Positions 51,181-64,000 are shown, numbered from the stretch's first letter. The stretch: 64,000 bases of DNA from Selaginella moellendorffii (GCF_000143415.4 NW_003314290.1:797586-861585), one strand, 5' to 3'. The notes: a model not told the origin generated them from the letters alone. Numbers and translations are program-made.

Positions 51181-54100
51181 TGTGAGACACAAAATCCCTA
51201 GGCCCCAAAGTGGAGCTGGAAGGGCGCCACATGGTAGTGGCTGAAGCGAGAGCCAAACGAGCGTAACACGTTTGGACCAAAAGCTCCGACTTGAAAGGTC
51301 AAGAGCGGGAGTGGAACTCCCAACGAAGTGCTCGAGGAACGAGCACGAAGCGAGCAAAAGGCGAGGCTCCAAAAAGGGACCCAAAAGGGCCAACACATGA
51401 CACGTAGGAGTCCGAGATGGACCTGAGTTGGAGTCCGAAGTGGAGTCCGAGATGGACCCGAGTTGGAGTCCGAAGTGGAGTCCGAGATGGAGTCCGAGAT
51501 GGAGTCCAAGATGGACCTGAGATGGACCCGAGATGGAGTCTGAGATGGAGTCCGAGATGGACCTGAGATGGACCCGAGATGGAGTCCGAGATGGACCCGA
51601 GATGGAGTCTGAGATGGAGTCCGAGATGGACCTGAGATGGACCCGAGATGGAGTCCGAGATGGAGTCCGAGATGGAGTCCGAGATGGAGTCCGAAGTCGA
51701 GACCGAGACCGGGACCGAGACCGAGACCGAGACCAAGACCGAGATCGGGACCGAGACCGAGACCGAGGCCGAGGCCGAGACCGAGCCCGAGCCCGAGTCC
51801 GAGTCCGAGTCCGAGTCCGAGTCCGAGTCCGAGTCCGGAGCCTGAGAGGGTGAAAGCCCAAAGCGTTCGTCTCCCAGACCCTGGGGGGTTTGGTGAGCTC
51901 CAAAAGTATAGTAGGGGGAGGACTGCAGTGGAGCCAGTTTGGCCAGGAAAGGCCAGTTTGGCCCAGGAAGGCCGGACCCAGTGTTGGGTGATGAGCTGCC
52001 CACTGGGAAGTCCAAGACTAGAGTGAACACGGACCGACAAGCGGGGTAGCTTGGTGAAGTGTTCAAGAGCCGGCTCTAGTTCCCCCGGGAGATCGACTGG
52101 CCGATGCTCCCAGTCCAAGTGTAGGTGGCACTACCTACTTGGATACCAGGCGTGGCTCAACGGAACCTCGCTCTAAGCCCATGGCTAGAGCACCTAAGGG
52201 CAGAAGGCGAGGAGAGTACCCAGGTGGCTCGCGTAAGGCCACGGTGTTCCGAAATGTTGCCCCAAAGGCCCAGACTGTGGAAAGGAAGAGGAGCAGTCCT
52301 CTGGGGTAGTGACCAAGGACACAGTCGTGGTGAGGAAGTCCCAGAGGACCGTGGGACTTAGTGGTCGGGCTTGTGGGTCTCGATCAAGTGGCAGTGTTGG
52401 CGAACACGGCCAGGGGCAGAAAGGGACTTAGTGGGGACTGACAGAGGGATATTGGGGAAGGCTATTCCCCTTGTTGGTGGGCATCCTAAGGGTGCTAAGG
52501 AGTGGATCTCAGATGACCACTCACGGATGGTTTGCCTAGTCTTGGAGAGCCAAAACTGTGATGCAAGTGGTAATGGACTACCAGTATGGCAAAGGTGATT
52601 GGGCATGGCCTTAGCGTAACGGGCTGGCATGTCAGTGGTACCTTTGAGTGTCGGTCATGGGATCAGACACGTGGAGCACTTGGACCAAGTGCAAATGTTG
52701 AGTGGCATAGATGCCATTCTCGGGGCTAGCAAGTCCCAAGTCCTGGATTGGACTTATGGAGGTTGTGAATGAGACTCCTCCAAGCGGTCGGAGGTGTGGT
52801 TAAGTGACTAAAGTAGAATGGAAAATTTAGTCGCTTACAATTTGGTATCGGAGCTGTTCCTTAGTCCGACTTTTATTGGTGCTCAAGTATATCACCACTG
52901 GTGTTGGCAATGGAAGGTCCGAGAAGTGGGCCTATCCTTGAGGAGTAGCAAGTCGGGAAGACATAGCTCTCCATTACAGTTCATGTGTGAACTTGTAGAC
53001 AAGGTGGTGGATAGAAAAGGGGCTAATAATGGAACGACTTTGGGATCTTGGGAACAGTGCAAGGTTTTCCTCATTGAGTTGAGGAGGTGATCCAGATGAG
53101 CGTTTGACTCAGCAAACGGGCTAATGTGGTTGGGGTAAACAACTATAGTTGGGATCACGGGGAAGATAGAGACTCCAAAAACAATAAAGGAGTCACAAGT
53201 TTATCCTCACATGGTTGAGGCTGGTGCTCATGAAAATGAGACCGGAATGGATGACCGTGAGAGGTCAAGTATGGATGAGGACACGAGTCCTCGAAATGGT
53301 AGCCGGGGCTACCTCTAATAAATGCTAGAACAACCCAAGGAGTTAGGGGTGTATTAAGTGGATGAGTTGGTATTCTCATCACATGGACAAGTAGTCCTAA
53401 GGGGCAAAGGTTGCCCCCAGAGAACAAAATCAAGTGTCGGAGTAACACTTGTGAAAATAGTCCTTTTGAGTAGGACAGGAATGCAAGAAGTGTATTCCAG
53501 TGAGCTAGTGCCTCACAAGTAGGACCTTACGGGTCTGTGGATTAACCAAGTCCAAAACTGCTAGACGACTCAAGTAGAGTCAAGGGATGGTCCTAAAAGG
53601 ACTGATGGAAGCATTTGGACTGAGGTGCGTTGTATCCCACAAAGGATGGGGGGGGATCATAGGATCCAAGGATGAGAACAGAGAGTATCTCATCGATGGC
53701 AAAATGTGCCATGCTAAAGTCGTGGGAAAGGTGTTCCCAAAAAAGAAAACAACTTTGACGCAAAGCTGTATGTGACCTCTATGATGCAGTGCTAACGGAT
53801 GGTTGGCATGAGAAAGAGCGGTGTTGGTCTTGGCAAAGACATAAACACGAAGGGGAAGTGTCATAGAGGTAGGCTCATGGAGCCGATGGTGTGGAGACAC
53901 CAAATGTGCCAAGGTGTGATACCTTGAGGCTATGTTGGTGGGTTCATGAAAACCCCTTGCCAAAGGAATCCCAATGGAAATGGGAATGGCATAGCCTAAG
54001 CTGCAGAGCATGCAGTTGGAGTGTGGTGACCCAGATAATGATAGAGGTGTGAAAGCACCAAACAATGAGTTGTAGGACTTGACAACTATGAGGCAACTAA

Positions 54101-57100
54101 GCAAGAGGTGCAAAATGACTGGTTGAACGGGTAGAAGGTAGCTACCCAAGACTTCTTAATAGCATAGGGAAGTCGGATACGCCCTTACGGGGGATAAGTT
54201 GCTTGTGTTGCGATATAGTAAGTCAATGTCATAAAAGGAAATACTCATTGTCAAAAAAGCCATCATTGGGACACCCGAACACTCTAGAACACCAGAAGGT
54301 GGTGTTTGATGTCGCGAGGGCAATGGATAAAGCCCAAGGGACTAAGTCCCTAGCGAATGATGGATAGAAGGTGCTATCCTAATGTCCAAGGTTGCGGAGA
54401 CAGGAGAGGACTGTCTACCCGAGTTGGACAAAACCAAAAATGGAATTTTGGCAAGGCTAGTGATGGGCATGGAAAGGCCCATAAGCAACAATGTAATCCC
54501 AGTGTGTGGGATTATAAGGTGAGCATACCCGGATTGAGGAACCACTCCCTGGGCTATTGGGTAGGTTCATCCCTAAGAATACTTGCTAAGGCATGATAGA
54601 AAGTGCAAAGCTATCCTCCTGGTCTGGAGGAAAATAACCAAAGGAAACATATGGGGCCAAAAGGCAAGTAGTATTAGGATGGAACTGAACCATAGAAATC
54701 GAAGGGCATAACCAAGGTTGGTTATGCCAGCTGGGAGTGGAGAATCAAGTGGGGGCTCGAGGGTGTTGCCGTTAGCAACCGTGATGCCATGGAGAGTCTA
54801 AAATATGGAATTGTCCATGTTAGACTATGTGGCAATTGGAAAGCTTGCAAAAAGGGAGGCCTTAGCAAGCTAAGGGACAGAGTTCCTTCAAGGTTCCCAA
54901 AGACGATTCTAGGTAGCTTAGTACCTAGAAAGGCCAAGTGTAAATGGTTCATAGAACGCGCGAAATCAGAGTGGCGCAGCAGAAGCGTGGTCTTGAAGCT
55001 TGCCATGAGGCAAGGCTGTCAAGGTTAGGGAAGTAGTTCCCGAGTGTTCAAAAAGAGGGCTTTGAACGAAAGTTGATGGTTAAGGACTTCCACGCTTATG
55101 CATGAACCATGTTACGGTGGCCGGATGACTTGCTAAGCGAGATTGGCAAGTCAGGGGAACAAGTACCCTAGTTGAAGGTGATAACTTCAAAAAGGGTGGG
55201 CCCATGGGGCCAAGCATGGAGGAGTCCATGCATGATCACAGATATGTCAAGTGAGAGGACTTGGCAGTGTGGGGGAACTAGGTTCCTAAGCTGTGATCTG
55301 TAGCGCGCTTTAAAAATAAGTTGGTGCACCGGCGTGGGGAGTCACGCCAGGCATTTTGTGTGATGCCGTCCGTAGATGCATATACGGAGGTTGGGTTCGA
55401 GTCCCGACCCTCTAGTGCTTGGGTTCGAGTCCCAAATCACTAGGGCGTGGTGATGGTTTGGAATATGAGGACACTCATATTTCGGTGGTCATGGACTCTC
55501 AGTGGGGAGACTGGTTTGGGCACACCGCCAAGCGAGGGATGCCTCGGAGTCGTGATGCACGGTTAGATTGCTTAGTGTGAAAGCTCAGCATATCTAACTT
55601 GAACGCTTTGGTGCAAGTGGCACCAAGGTCGTGGTGAGTGAGATGGGGACACCTAATCTCAGTTGCTATGAACCCTTGGCCGTAAGGGCTGGCTTGGGTG
55701 CACCGCCAAGTGTGGGGGATGCCCCCGGGGTTATAGTCAACAACTTGGAGGTCTAGAAGACCAAGTACCTCTTGGCAACTCTGTTAAGGTGCCAAGGTGA
55801 GATCATTAGGTGATCTTATGGCCAGATAAGGACAAGGTCCTTGGTTGGCTAAGGAATGAAGTTCCTGGTTCAAAATGTTGAAATTGAACTGTTTAAGGTG
55901 GTGTGGCTTGGTCGTGATGACCAAATGGGAAGAGCACCTAAGGGAAATAAATTATGTTCGTGCGATGGCATAGTGAGTCCGAGGAAAGTAGTCTCTATAA
56001 AAGACCCATGGGAGGGTCACGAAGTTGGGCCGTGGATAGAGCCCATAGCAGAAGATGCTAAAGAGACATACTAGGGGTGAAATCCTCCGGACTTGGCAAA
56101 GAAGAGTCTTTGCTATGGAACCGAAACAATACCTCAAGAAGGGAGGTAGAGATTCGATGTTGCTTGGTGCAACAATTAACGGATAGGAGCAAAAGATGAG
56201 TGGCCAAGATAGGGCCGTGGAATCCCTTGGGGGGAATCCAAGTGACAAAGTTAGGCGAGGAACACTAATGTGTTGGACGCTAACAAGTTGCGGGAAAGGA
56301 AGTGTGTTTCCAGGAGGGATTCCGAAATGCTCCGATTTGGCGAAAGTGGAAGCTCCAAGGGAGGGAGCAGTAAGGTAGCTAAATGATAGGGCCATGAACA
56401 GCCCTAGCACAAAGTATGATAATTGGAACTTTGGCACGAAATAGAAGAGAGGATGATGGTGCCCTCGAGTAGAGAACTTCCTAGGATGGGAAGTGGAGTT
56501 GCACAAAAAGGTGCAAGGCAAGGTGTCGGAGACACCTAGGAAATTGACTCCAAGAAGTCAAAATTCAAAGTTCCAAAGTGCAAAGGTTATATCGATGGAA
56601 ATCGAGACTACTCGAGAAGGAGTAGTGGGATTGACTTAGAGAAGGGTCTCTAAGAGGTTTAGCGAGGACTAAACCAATAAAAGGAGAGAACCACTACATG
56701 TGGTCCAATCAGTCTCTAAGTTGGAAAGACTACCCTCCTTAGAGAATAGGCAAGGCATGGTGAGCCTTTGGTGTCAAACCATGGAGGCATATGCAAAAGG
56801 CATGGTGAGCCTTCAATGTCAAACCATTGACGAATATGGAGAAGGCATGGTGAGCCTTCAATGTCAAACCATTGACAAATATTGGCTAGGTGCCAAGGAT
56901 GGAAATGGTAACACACGCGAGTGTTACTTTATAAAATGGTTTACCGTTCGATGAGGACATCGAACTTCGTCTATGGGTGGTGGAGTTGTGAGACACAAAA
57001 TCCCTAGGCCCCAAAGTGGAGCTGGAAGGGCGCCACATGGTAGTGGCCGAAGCGAGAGCCAAACGAGCGTAACATGTTTGGACCAAAAGCTCTGACTTGA

Positions 57101-58863
57101 AAAGTCAAGAGCGGGAGTGGAACTCCCAACGAAGTGCTCGAGGAACGAGCACGAAGCGAGCAAAAGGCGAGGCTCCAAAAAGGGACCCAAAAGGGCCAAC
57201 ACATGACACGTAGGAGTCCGAGATGGACCTGAGTTGGAGTCCGAAGTGGAGTCCGAGATGGACCCGAGTTGGAGTCCGAAGTGGAGTCCGAGATGGACCC
57301 GAGTTGGAGTCCGAAGTGGAGTCCGAGATGGACCCGAGTTGGAGTCCGAAGTGGAGTCCGAGATGGACCCGAGTTGGAGTCCGAAGTGGAGTCCGAGATG
57401 GACCCGAGTTGGAGTCCGAAGTGGAGTCCGAGATGGACCCGAGATGGAGTCCGAGAAGGAGTCCGAAGTGGAGTCCGAGGTGGACCCGAGATGGACCCGA
57501 GTTGGAGTCCGAAGTAGAGTCCGAGATGGACCCGAGATGGATTCCGAGATGGAGTCCGAGATGGAGTCCGAGGTGGACCCGAGATGGACCCGAAATGGAG
57601 TCCGAGATGGAGTCCGAGATGGACCCGAGATGGAGTCCGAGATGGAGTCCGAGATGGACCTGAGATGGACCCGAGATGGAGTTCGAGATGGAGTCCAAGA
57701 TGGAGTCCGAAGTCGAGACCGAGACCGGGATCGAGACCGAGACCGAGACCAAGACCGAGATCGGGACCGAGACCGAGACCGAGACCGAGGCCGAGACCGA
57801 GCCCGAGCCCGAGTCCGAGCCCGAGTCCGAGTCCGAGTCCGAGTCCGAGTCCGAGTCCGGAGCCTGAGAGGGTGAAAGCCCAAAGCGTTCGTCTCCCAGA
57901 CCCTGGGGGGTTTGGTGAGCTCCAAAAGTATAGTAGGGGGAGGACTGCAGTGGAGCCAGTTTGGCCAGGAAAGGCCAGTTTGGCCCAGGAAGGCCGGACC
58001 CAGTGTTGGGTGATGAGTTGCCCACTGGGAAGTCCAAGACTAGAGTGAACACGGACCGACAAGCGGGGTAGCTTGGTGAAGTGTTCAAGAGCCGGCTCTA
58101 GTTCCCCCGGGAGATCGACTGGCTGATGCTCCCAGTCCAAGTGTGGGTGGCACTACCTACTTGGATACCAGGCGTGGCTCAACGGAACCTCGCTCTAAGC
58201 CCATGGCTAGAGCACCTAAGGGCAGAAGGCGAGGAGAGTACCCAGGTGGCTCGCGTAAGGCCACGGTGTTCCGAAATGTTGCCCCAAAGGCCCAGACTGT
58301 GGAAAGGAAGAGGAGCAGTCCTCTGGGGTAGTGACCAAGGACACAGTCGTGTGGTGAGGAAGTCCCAGAGGACCGTGGGACTTAGTGGTCGGGCTTGTGG
58401 GTCTCGATCAAGTGGCAGTGTTGGCGAACACGGCCAGGGGCAGAAAGGGACTTAGTGGGGACTGACAGAGGGATATTGGGGAAGGCTATTCCCCTTGTCG
58501 GTGGGCATCCTAAGGGTGCTAAGGAGTGGATCTCAGATGACCACTCACGGATGGTTTGCCTAGTCTTGGAGAGCCAAGACTGTGATGCAAGTGGTAATGG
58601 ACTACCAGTGTGGCAAAGGTGATTGGGCATGGCCTTAGCGTAACGGGCTGGCATGTCAGTGGTACCTTTGAGTGTCGGTCATGGGATCAGACACGTGGAG
58701 CACTTGGACCAAGTGCAAATGTTGAGTGGCATAGATGCCATTCTCGGGGCTAGCAAGTCCCAAGTCCTGGATTGGACTTATGGAGGTTGTGAATGAGACT
58801 CCTCCAAGCGGTCGGAGGTGTGGTTAAGTGACTAAAGTAGAATGGAAAATTTAGTCGCTTACA
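51181..58863 (+). mobile_element. Non-coding LTR element (LARD-like)
   Basis: LTRs at 51181-52839 and 56987-58863 (TG...CA). TSD CTCAG at 51176-51180 and 58864-58868. PBS at 52843-52854. Same PPT as the coding element. The 4.1-kb interior has no recognisable gag/pol ORF. Confidence 0.93.
56753..56885. repeat. 45-bp tandem repeat x3
   Basis: aggcatggtgagcctt...tgtcaaaccat repeated three times; single copy in the older element. Confidence 0.85.
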
Positions 58864-59966
58864 CTCAGACTCCATCTCGGTTCCATCTCGGACTCCATCT
58901 CAGACTCAATCTTGGGTCCATCTCGGACTCCATCTCAGACTCCATCTCAAACTCCATCTCGGGTCCATCTTGGGTCCATCTCGAACTCCATCTTGGACTC
59001 CATCTTAGGTCCATCTTGGGTCTATGTTAGACTCCATCTCAGACTCCATTTCATGTCATGTGTTGGTCCTTTGGTGTCCCTTTTCTAGAGACTCACTTCT
59101 TGTTCGCTTTGTGCTCGTTCCTCGAGCACTTCGTTGGGGGTTCCACTCCCGCTTTCGACTTTTCAAGTCAGAGTTTTTGGTCCAAACGTGTTATGCTTGT
59201 TTGGCCTTCGCTTCAGCCACTACCACATGGCACCCTTTTGGCTCCACTTTGGGGCTTAGGGATTTGTGTCTCACAACTCCACCACCCATAGACGAAGTTC
59301 GATGTCCTCATCGAACGATAAATTATTTTATAAAGTAATACTAGCATGTATTACCCTTTCCATCTTTATCACCTAGCCAATATTTGTCAATGGTTTGACA
59401 CCAAAGGTTCACTATGCATTGTTCATCCTCTAAGAGCATAATCTCTCCAACTTAGAGACTCATTTGACCACTTATGGTGGTTCTCTTCTTTTATTGGTTC
59501 AGTTCTTGCTAAACCTGTTAGAGACACCTCCTCTAACTCAATCCCACTACTCATTCTCGAGTAGTTTCAATTTCCATCAATATAACCTTTGCACTTTGGA
59601 ACTTTTAATTTTGACTTCTCGAAGTTAATTTCCTGGGTGTTTTTGACACCTTGCATTGCACATATTGTGCAACTGCACTTCCCCATCCTATGAAGTTCTC
59701 TACTTGAGGGCACTATCATCCTCTCTTCTATTTCGTGCCACTTTTGGCACTAAGTTCTAGTTATCATAATTTGTGCTAAAAAGCTCTATTTCGTTAAAGT
59801 GGGATTTATTCAGTAAAATGGGACTAGGTACAAATTTTCAAGTATTTAAAAATGACGTGAAATTATATGTTTTTTGTCCAGGGGCTAGACATATCTGGGG
59901 CATGGTGACTAGTGCGGTGACTTTATGTCCAGACTGTGTCCATCTGGTTGTATAATAAATCTCATT

Positions 59967-61365
59967 GTCAAGGTGAACAAGCCGAATCTGAAGCTAAAGA
60001 AGAGCAATGGCATGCGCGCACACACTATTTGTTTGTTCATTGAGCGTGTGGTGAGCTTTCCAAGATGAACGTCATTCCTATTAGCCAGACATATAACTTA
60101 ATGGTGAGAACATTTAGATATTATTCAATGTTATCTTTTTCTAACGAATCTAATTGTGAAGGTGTAGCAAGAGGCATTGCTAGTCTAGAGAAGTCATTTA
60201 ACTCATTTGACCCTTAGCGTATTTTCATGAAACTAAATAACATTCATATTATTAAGGAATTTCTCTAGTACCTTTTTTTTACGACATAGAGGCTTGCATT
60301 TCTTTCAAAGGTGATTTAGTAAAAGGCCTGAGGGCACATGCCATTCTATTTCTCAGACCGGTATTAAGATATACTAGTGCAAAGGGAAAAAGGTATTTGG
60401 TGATCAAGTAAATGGCATGAGGGCACACGCCATTATAAGCCTAAGCGCTAGTGGACACCTCCTTTTTGGTACTCTCAGCGGTACTATCATCCTTCTCCGG
60501 GTCAGTTGTTTTGCTTTGGATTGTTGTCTCTGACGTTACTGGGGCGTTCTCGATAGTTGTTAATGTTGCCGTTTGTTCAGAAAAATGATCACCTGGAGTA
60601 TAGTACGGGGAGTTTGGAAGATTTATATATTCTACATCTTCACCTATCTCCTTCTCCGTCTCCTTTTCTGCCTCACTTACAGATTTTGTGCTTGCCATGA
60701 GAATGCTCTTCACCCTAAAATATGGAGTTCGTTGTGTTATAAAAGGAAACCAACACACACGCTGCAAGGGAATGATGGTACATAAAGCACGTAAGCCCAC
60801 AATATGGGTTTATGTGCCATTAATATGGGCCACACGCCATATTATTAGATTTATGCACGTGTGATTGGTAAATGCATATGTCACATCATCTTTGTTTTAC
60901 CTCACACACTATATCAGGCCTAATGAACCATATCACATGTGCGCACATGCTATATATATGGAGAAGTATTATGCAAGGATAGAAATTCAATGCATGATTG
61001 TGGAGAGCAATGGCATGAAGCCACATGCTAAATAACATTTTAGAGAAAGAATTAAAATAAAAACATGCAAACAGTACTAAGTGGAAGTGCACAATTGAAT
61101 GAGGTATTTCTAATAAATACTTCACTCACCTCATATAGGAATGGCTACCACTCTCAAATGGCGTATCGCCTCATGCCATCACCTCGCAATTTGTTATAAC
61201 AATCCGATGAATTCATATTCGGCTTGTTCACCTTGAACTTTAAGTAAGATTTGCTAAAACAACTAAGAATTTATACTTGTTATTTGTATCATCTCACCTA
61301 GGAATGGCGTAAGGCCACATGCCATCACGCCTCCTCTGATTCAGATTCGGATTGTTCACCTTGAA
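59967..61365. repeat. Dispersed 22-bp palindromes and 25-bp inverted motifs 3' of the transposase gene
   Basis: ATGGCRT-N8-AYGCCAT-like copies at ~60007, 60324, 60412, 61010, 61158 and 61304. tcaaggtgaacaagccgaatctgaa (~59968) occurs inverted at ~61212 and ~61340. Confidence 0.75.
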
Positions 61366-63986
61366 ATAAAATACATTAGAAACTTAGTAAAGGAATATTC
61401 ATGAATCTCACCTTGAACCTGGGTTATGAATGCTCTTGCTGCATCTCTTGCATGGTCTGGCAAGGTGATGGTGGCACTCTGCTTCCGCATCCAACCATGC
61501 ACAACATTATCCACCGATATGCTCATGCTGGGATCCCTTGGATTCAGCACTCATCTCTTTTCTAGGCAATCCTTCATATATCCGGAACTTAGCTTGAACC
61601 ACTCCACAGTTACATTGAAGGAGTTAGTTTCCGCGTCCTCCTCTGCATCAGTGATGTAGTGCCCCACCCATATCATTTGTTTTTTATTACTGGGTCTGAC
61701 AAGCACGACCATTCCTTTGCAGACCTGTATTGGATTGAATGCTAAATCCGGCTTCTTGTTCCTCGGCCCACAATAGTGATCCTCAACATCGTTATCTGTC
61801 ATTGCATTTCCAGAGGACATTGTTCCTCTACTATCTGGTGCTCTGGGTTCTGGCCAAAAGGACTCTTCCAATTCTTCATATACAACCGGCCCATTTTGGA
61901 TAGTAGATATAATCTTCTCCCAGTATTCGAGCAAAGGCTTGCACATCTGAAAATAGGATTCTCCACCAAACACCAACCCCCTCTTCCAGAAGGCAATATG
62001 CTGTCTAATCCCGGCCACTATACTTTCCTGGTCTTTGAGTCCATCCGGGTGCATCGGCCGTGGGGAACCCTGAGGAATCATAGGTTCCCCAGTTATGGGA
62101 TCTCTCTTGAAGAGTTCAATGCCGTCCACTGGCAGCCACACTGTGTCCCATTCTCTCATCTTGTACCTCATCACTGGAGCACCGTCACACATGCTGAAAT
62201 GAAACTGAAGAGGCTTGGAGTGGCCAATCAGCGTTTCGGATCCGTCCCTGATGTAGCCTCTTACAAACCCCTTAAAGTCTGGAACCTCTGTCAGAAGTGC
62301 AGCTTCAACAGTGCCTTTGATGCAATTTTGGAATTCATCGTAGAGTTGTGGGAGGGTGAGGACATTGGATGGCCGGAGGGACTCTGCCAGGTGACTGAAC
62401 ATGGCATTGACGTCTTCATGAGTGTGCCCAACCATGAGAAAGCCAAGTGTAACCGTTTCAAATATGCCTTTGGCAACAAGCATCGCCAAGTACGCGAAGA
62501 CGTACATGTTTTTGTTCTCACTGCCAGCATTGTCTGTTTGGAGCAGAAGATGGGGTGGAAGGCCATATCGGCCGCAAGAACTTCCTTGAGATTCTGCTTT
62601 GTTTGGATGAGGCTGTGCATTCACCGGGCGACCAGCCTCGTCGGAATGGCATAAGGCCTCACGTGATAACCCTACAATCTGACGGCCAACATATTCACTG
62701 GGATGGCATGGGGCCCCACGCGATACTGCAAGCCTTTGCTCCTCCTCCAGCTGAACCCTGTATGGGGTTCGATCGACAAGGGCCTTATGCAAGGGTTGGC
62801 CGTTCAACTCAGTCTGCGCACTCTGCAAAGACCTTAAGTGTTTTGCTAGGGACGCAATCATCATGTTTGCACCCCCGCCACCCCATAGAGGTACAAAGAA
62901 GTTCCCATAGTTCTGGGCACCATGCCCATGAGCGATTATGCCAAATAGAGACACAGGCAGCTGCATGGATGAAGAGATTGCCTTGGGGGCAGGATTGAGT
63001 CGAGGTAAGCACGTCTTTTTCTGGTCCATTTTGTCGTGGATGATGCAGAGGTAAGAGTCAGGTCTCTCCATGGAGAGAATCCTGTTATGATAATATGCAG
63101 TCCTGCAGCTTCTCTGCTCGATGTTGTGGTCGAGCCGCCTTCTAACCAACGTCTCTCGCTCTTGAGCGCTGCAAGAATTCTTCGACAAAGCCATTTTGAT
63201 AGCAGTGCACTCGTCACACTTTGAAAAGCTGGAGTACTTTCCTATACTCACATCCCTGAACCTGTTGCTCCACAATCTACTAAATCTAGATTGGCTCAGC
63301 TTCCTGTAGCCATTACTCTGGAGTTCCCGATTCACATCTTCCAATATGGCCCCCTTGGTATACATGGAAGGGAGAACTCGTTGGGTGTCTCGTGTTCCAT
63401 CTTCCAAGAGGCGGGTTTTATGTGGTTGTTGCTCGCTACATGTCTCGACAAACCTCTTGAAGATTGCCTCTCCATATACAACATGACCCCTGGTTTTGTG
63501 CGTATCGTCGTTCCCATGGACTGCCTGTTGAACCCTTTGTTCCTCGAACTCAGTTTTGATTCTGTAGAATGTGGTTCGAGGGACTCCATAAATGATTCTC
63601 CATACCTTCATGCAGACCAAACCCCTCTGGAAGACCATGCCCCCCACCTGATGTTCTGAAGCATCAACAGATGACCGTAATGCCTCATACACAAAATTGC
63701 GAGCTGCCTTCCAGGACAATGTCTTGTATCTTGCTCTCTCCTCTTCAATAGCATCCCAATCAGCATGTTGACAGCACCTCCTCTTGCAACAAGCAACTGT
63801 CGAGACCATTCGAACCTCCATCGCCATTTTCTGCCTTTTCAGTTCATTGCTCAGATCCCTTTGGCTGCGCTTTAGGAAGGTGTACTTTCTTTTCCCATGA
63901 AGAGATGTTCTGTCATCAGTTGTAGTGGTGTTTGATTGTGAATCCTTCACATTCTCAAACACTAAGTGCCTCAATTTCCACCGCAC
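61356..63986 (-). pseudogene. Sola1/DUF7869-like DDD transposase with a premature stop; 5' end probably outside the window
   Basis: Cys clusters CCKRRC and CDEC; motifs IIHDKMDQKKT, LQTDNAGSENKN and FLMVGHTHEDVNAMFS. TGA at 61551-61553 is followed by an in-frame continuation. Confidence 0.72.
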
Positions 63987-64000
63987 AATGCTTCCAATAG

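Larger units (their letters stand above)
49908..59780 (-). mobile_element. Older, diverged copy of the LARD family (3' LTR at 49908-51180 plus 58869-59275, PPT and ~500 bp of internal region), split by the younger copy
   Basis: Reverse-complement similarity to the younger LTR and to ~56400-56986; reverse-complement PPT at 59276-59290. Confidence 0.85.

Noticed and set aside
55385-55435. tRNA gene
   Set aside because: Only T-arm-like parts are present; I could not build a canonical acceptor stem, D-arm and anticodon arm.
57220-57429. CRISPR-like 35-bp periodicity
   Set aside because: Head-to-tail tandem units with no unique spacers, in a eukaryotic LTR context.
51166-58140. Long ORFs rich in RT/SD/GL/SP dipeptide repeats
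   Set aside because: They are translations of stop-free LTR hexamer arrays, open in several frames on both strands.
60441-60800. 119-aa ORF near the transposase
   Set aside because: Low-complexity sequence with no motif; it could be a spliced exon but this is unsupported.

Overview
Eukaryotic plant genomic DNA, most likely a lycophyte such as Selaginella. This is inferred from the very short (~50-60 nt) introns, tight gene packing and the PLS-type PPR gene, and is not proven. From left to right the window contains: (1) an intronless Uma2/PD-(D/E)XK-like nuclease gene; (2) a young, TSD-flanked Ty3/gypsy chromovirus (4253-11732) whose integrase is interrupted by ~50-nt GT-AG intron-like inserts; (3) a 3.3-kb non-autonomous chromovirus with 112-bp LTRs (11767-15100), inserted 34 bp away; (4) a second, apparently catalytically degenerate Uma2-like paralog between two ~750-bp inverted repeats; (5) a dense host gene block (lipoate-protein ligase-like, NAD(P)-binding/CIA30 protein, PPR, LNK, DUF1749 hydrolase, membrane-anchored coiled-coil protein); (6) ~11 kb of decayed AT-rich DNA; (7) a CYP72-clan P450, PARTING DANCERS and an F-box-associated-like remnant; (8) a non-coding LARD-type LTR element (51181-58863) nested antisense in an older copy of its own family; (9) a Sola1/DUF7869-like DDD transposase with palindromic flanking repeats. 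The most notable observations are the spliceosomal-type introns inside a retrotransposon pol gene, a covarying multi-hairpin/cloverleaf RNA module with tRNA T-arm (B-box) motifs shared between the coding and non-coding LTR families, and an active-like/dead-like nuclease paralog pair.
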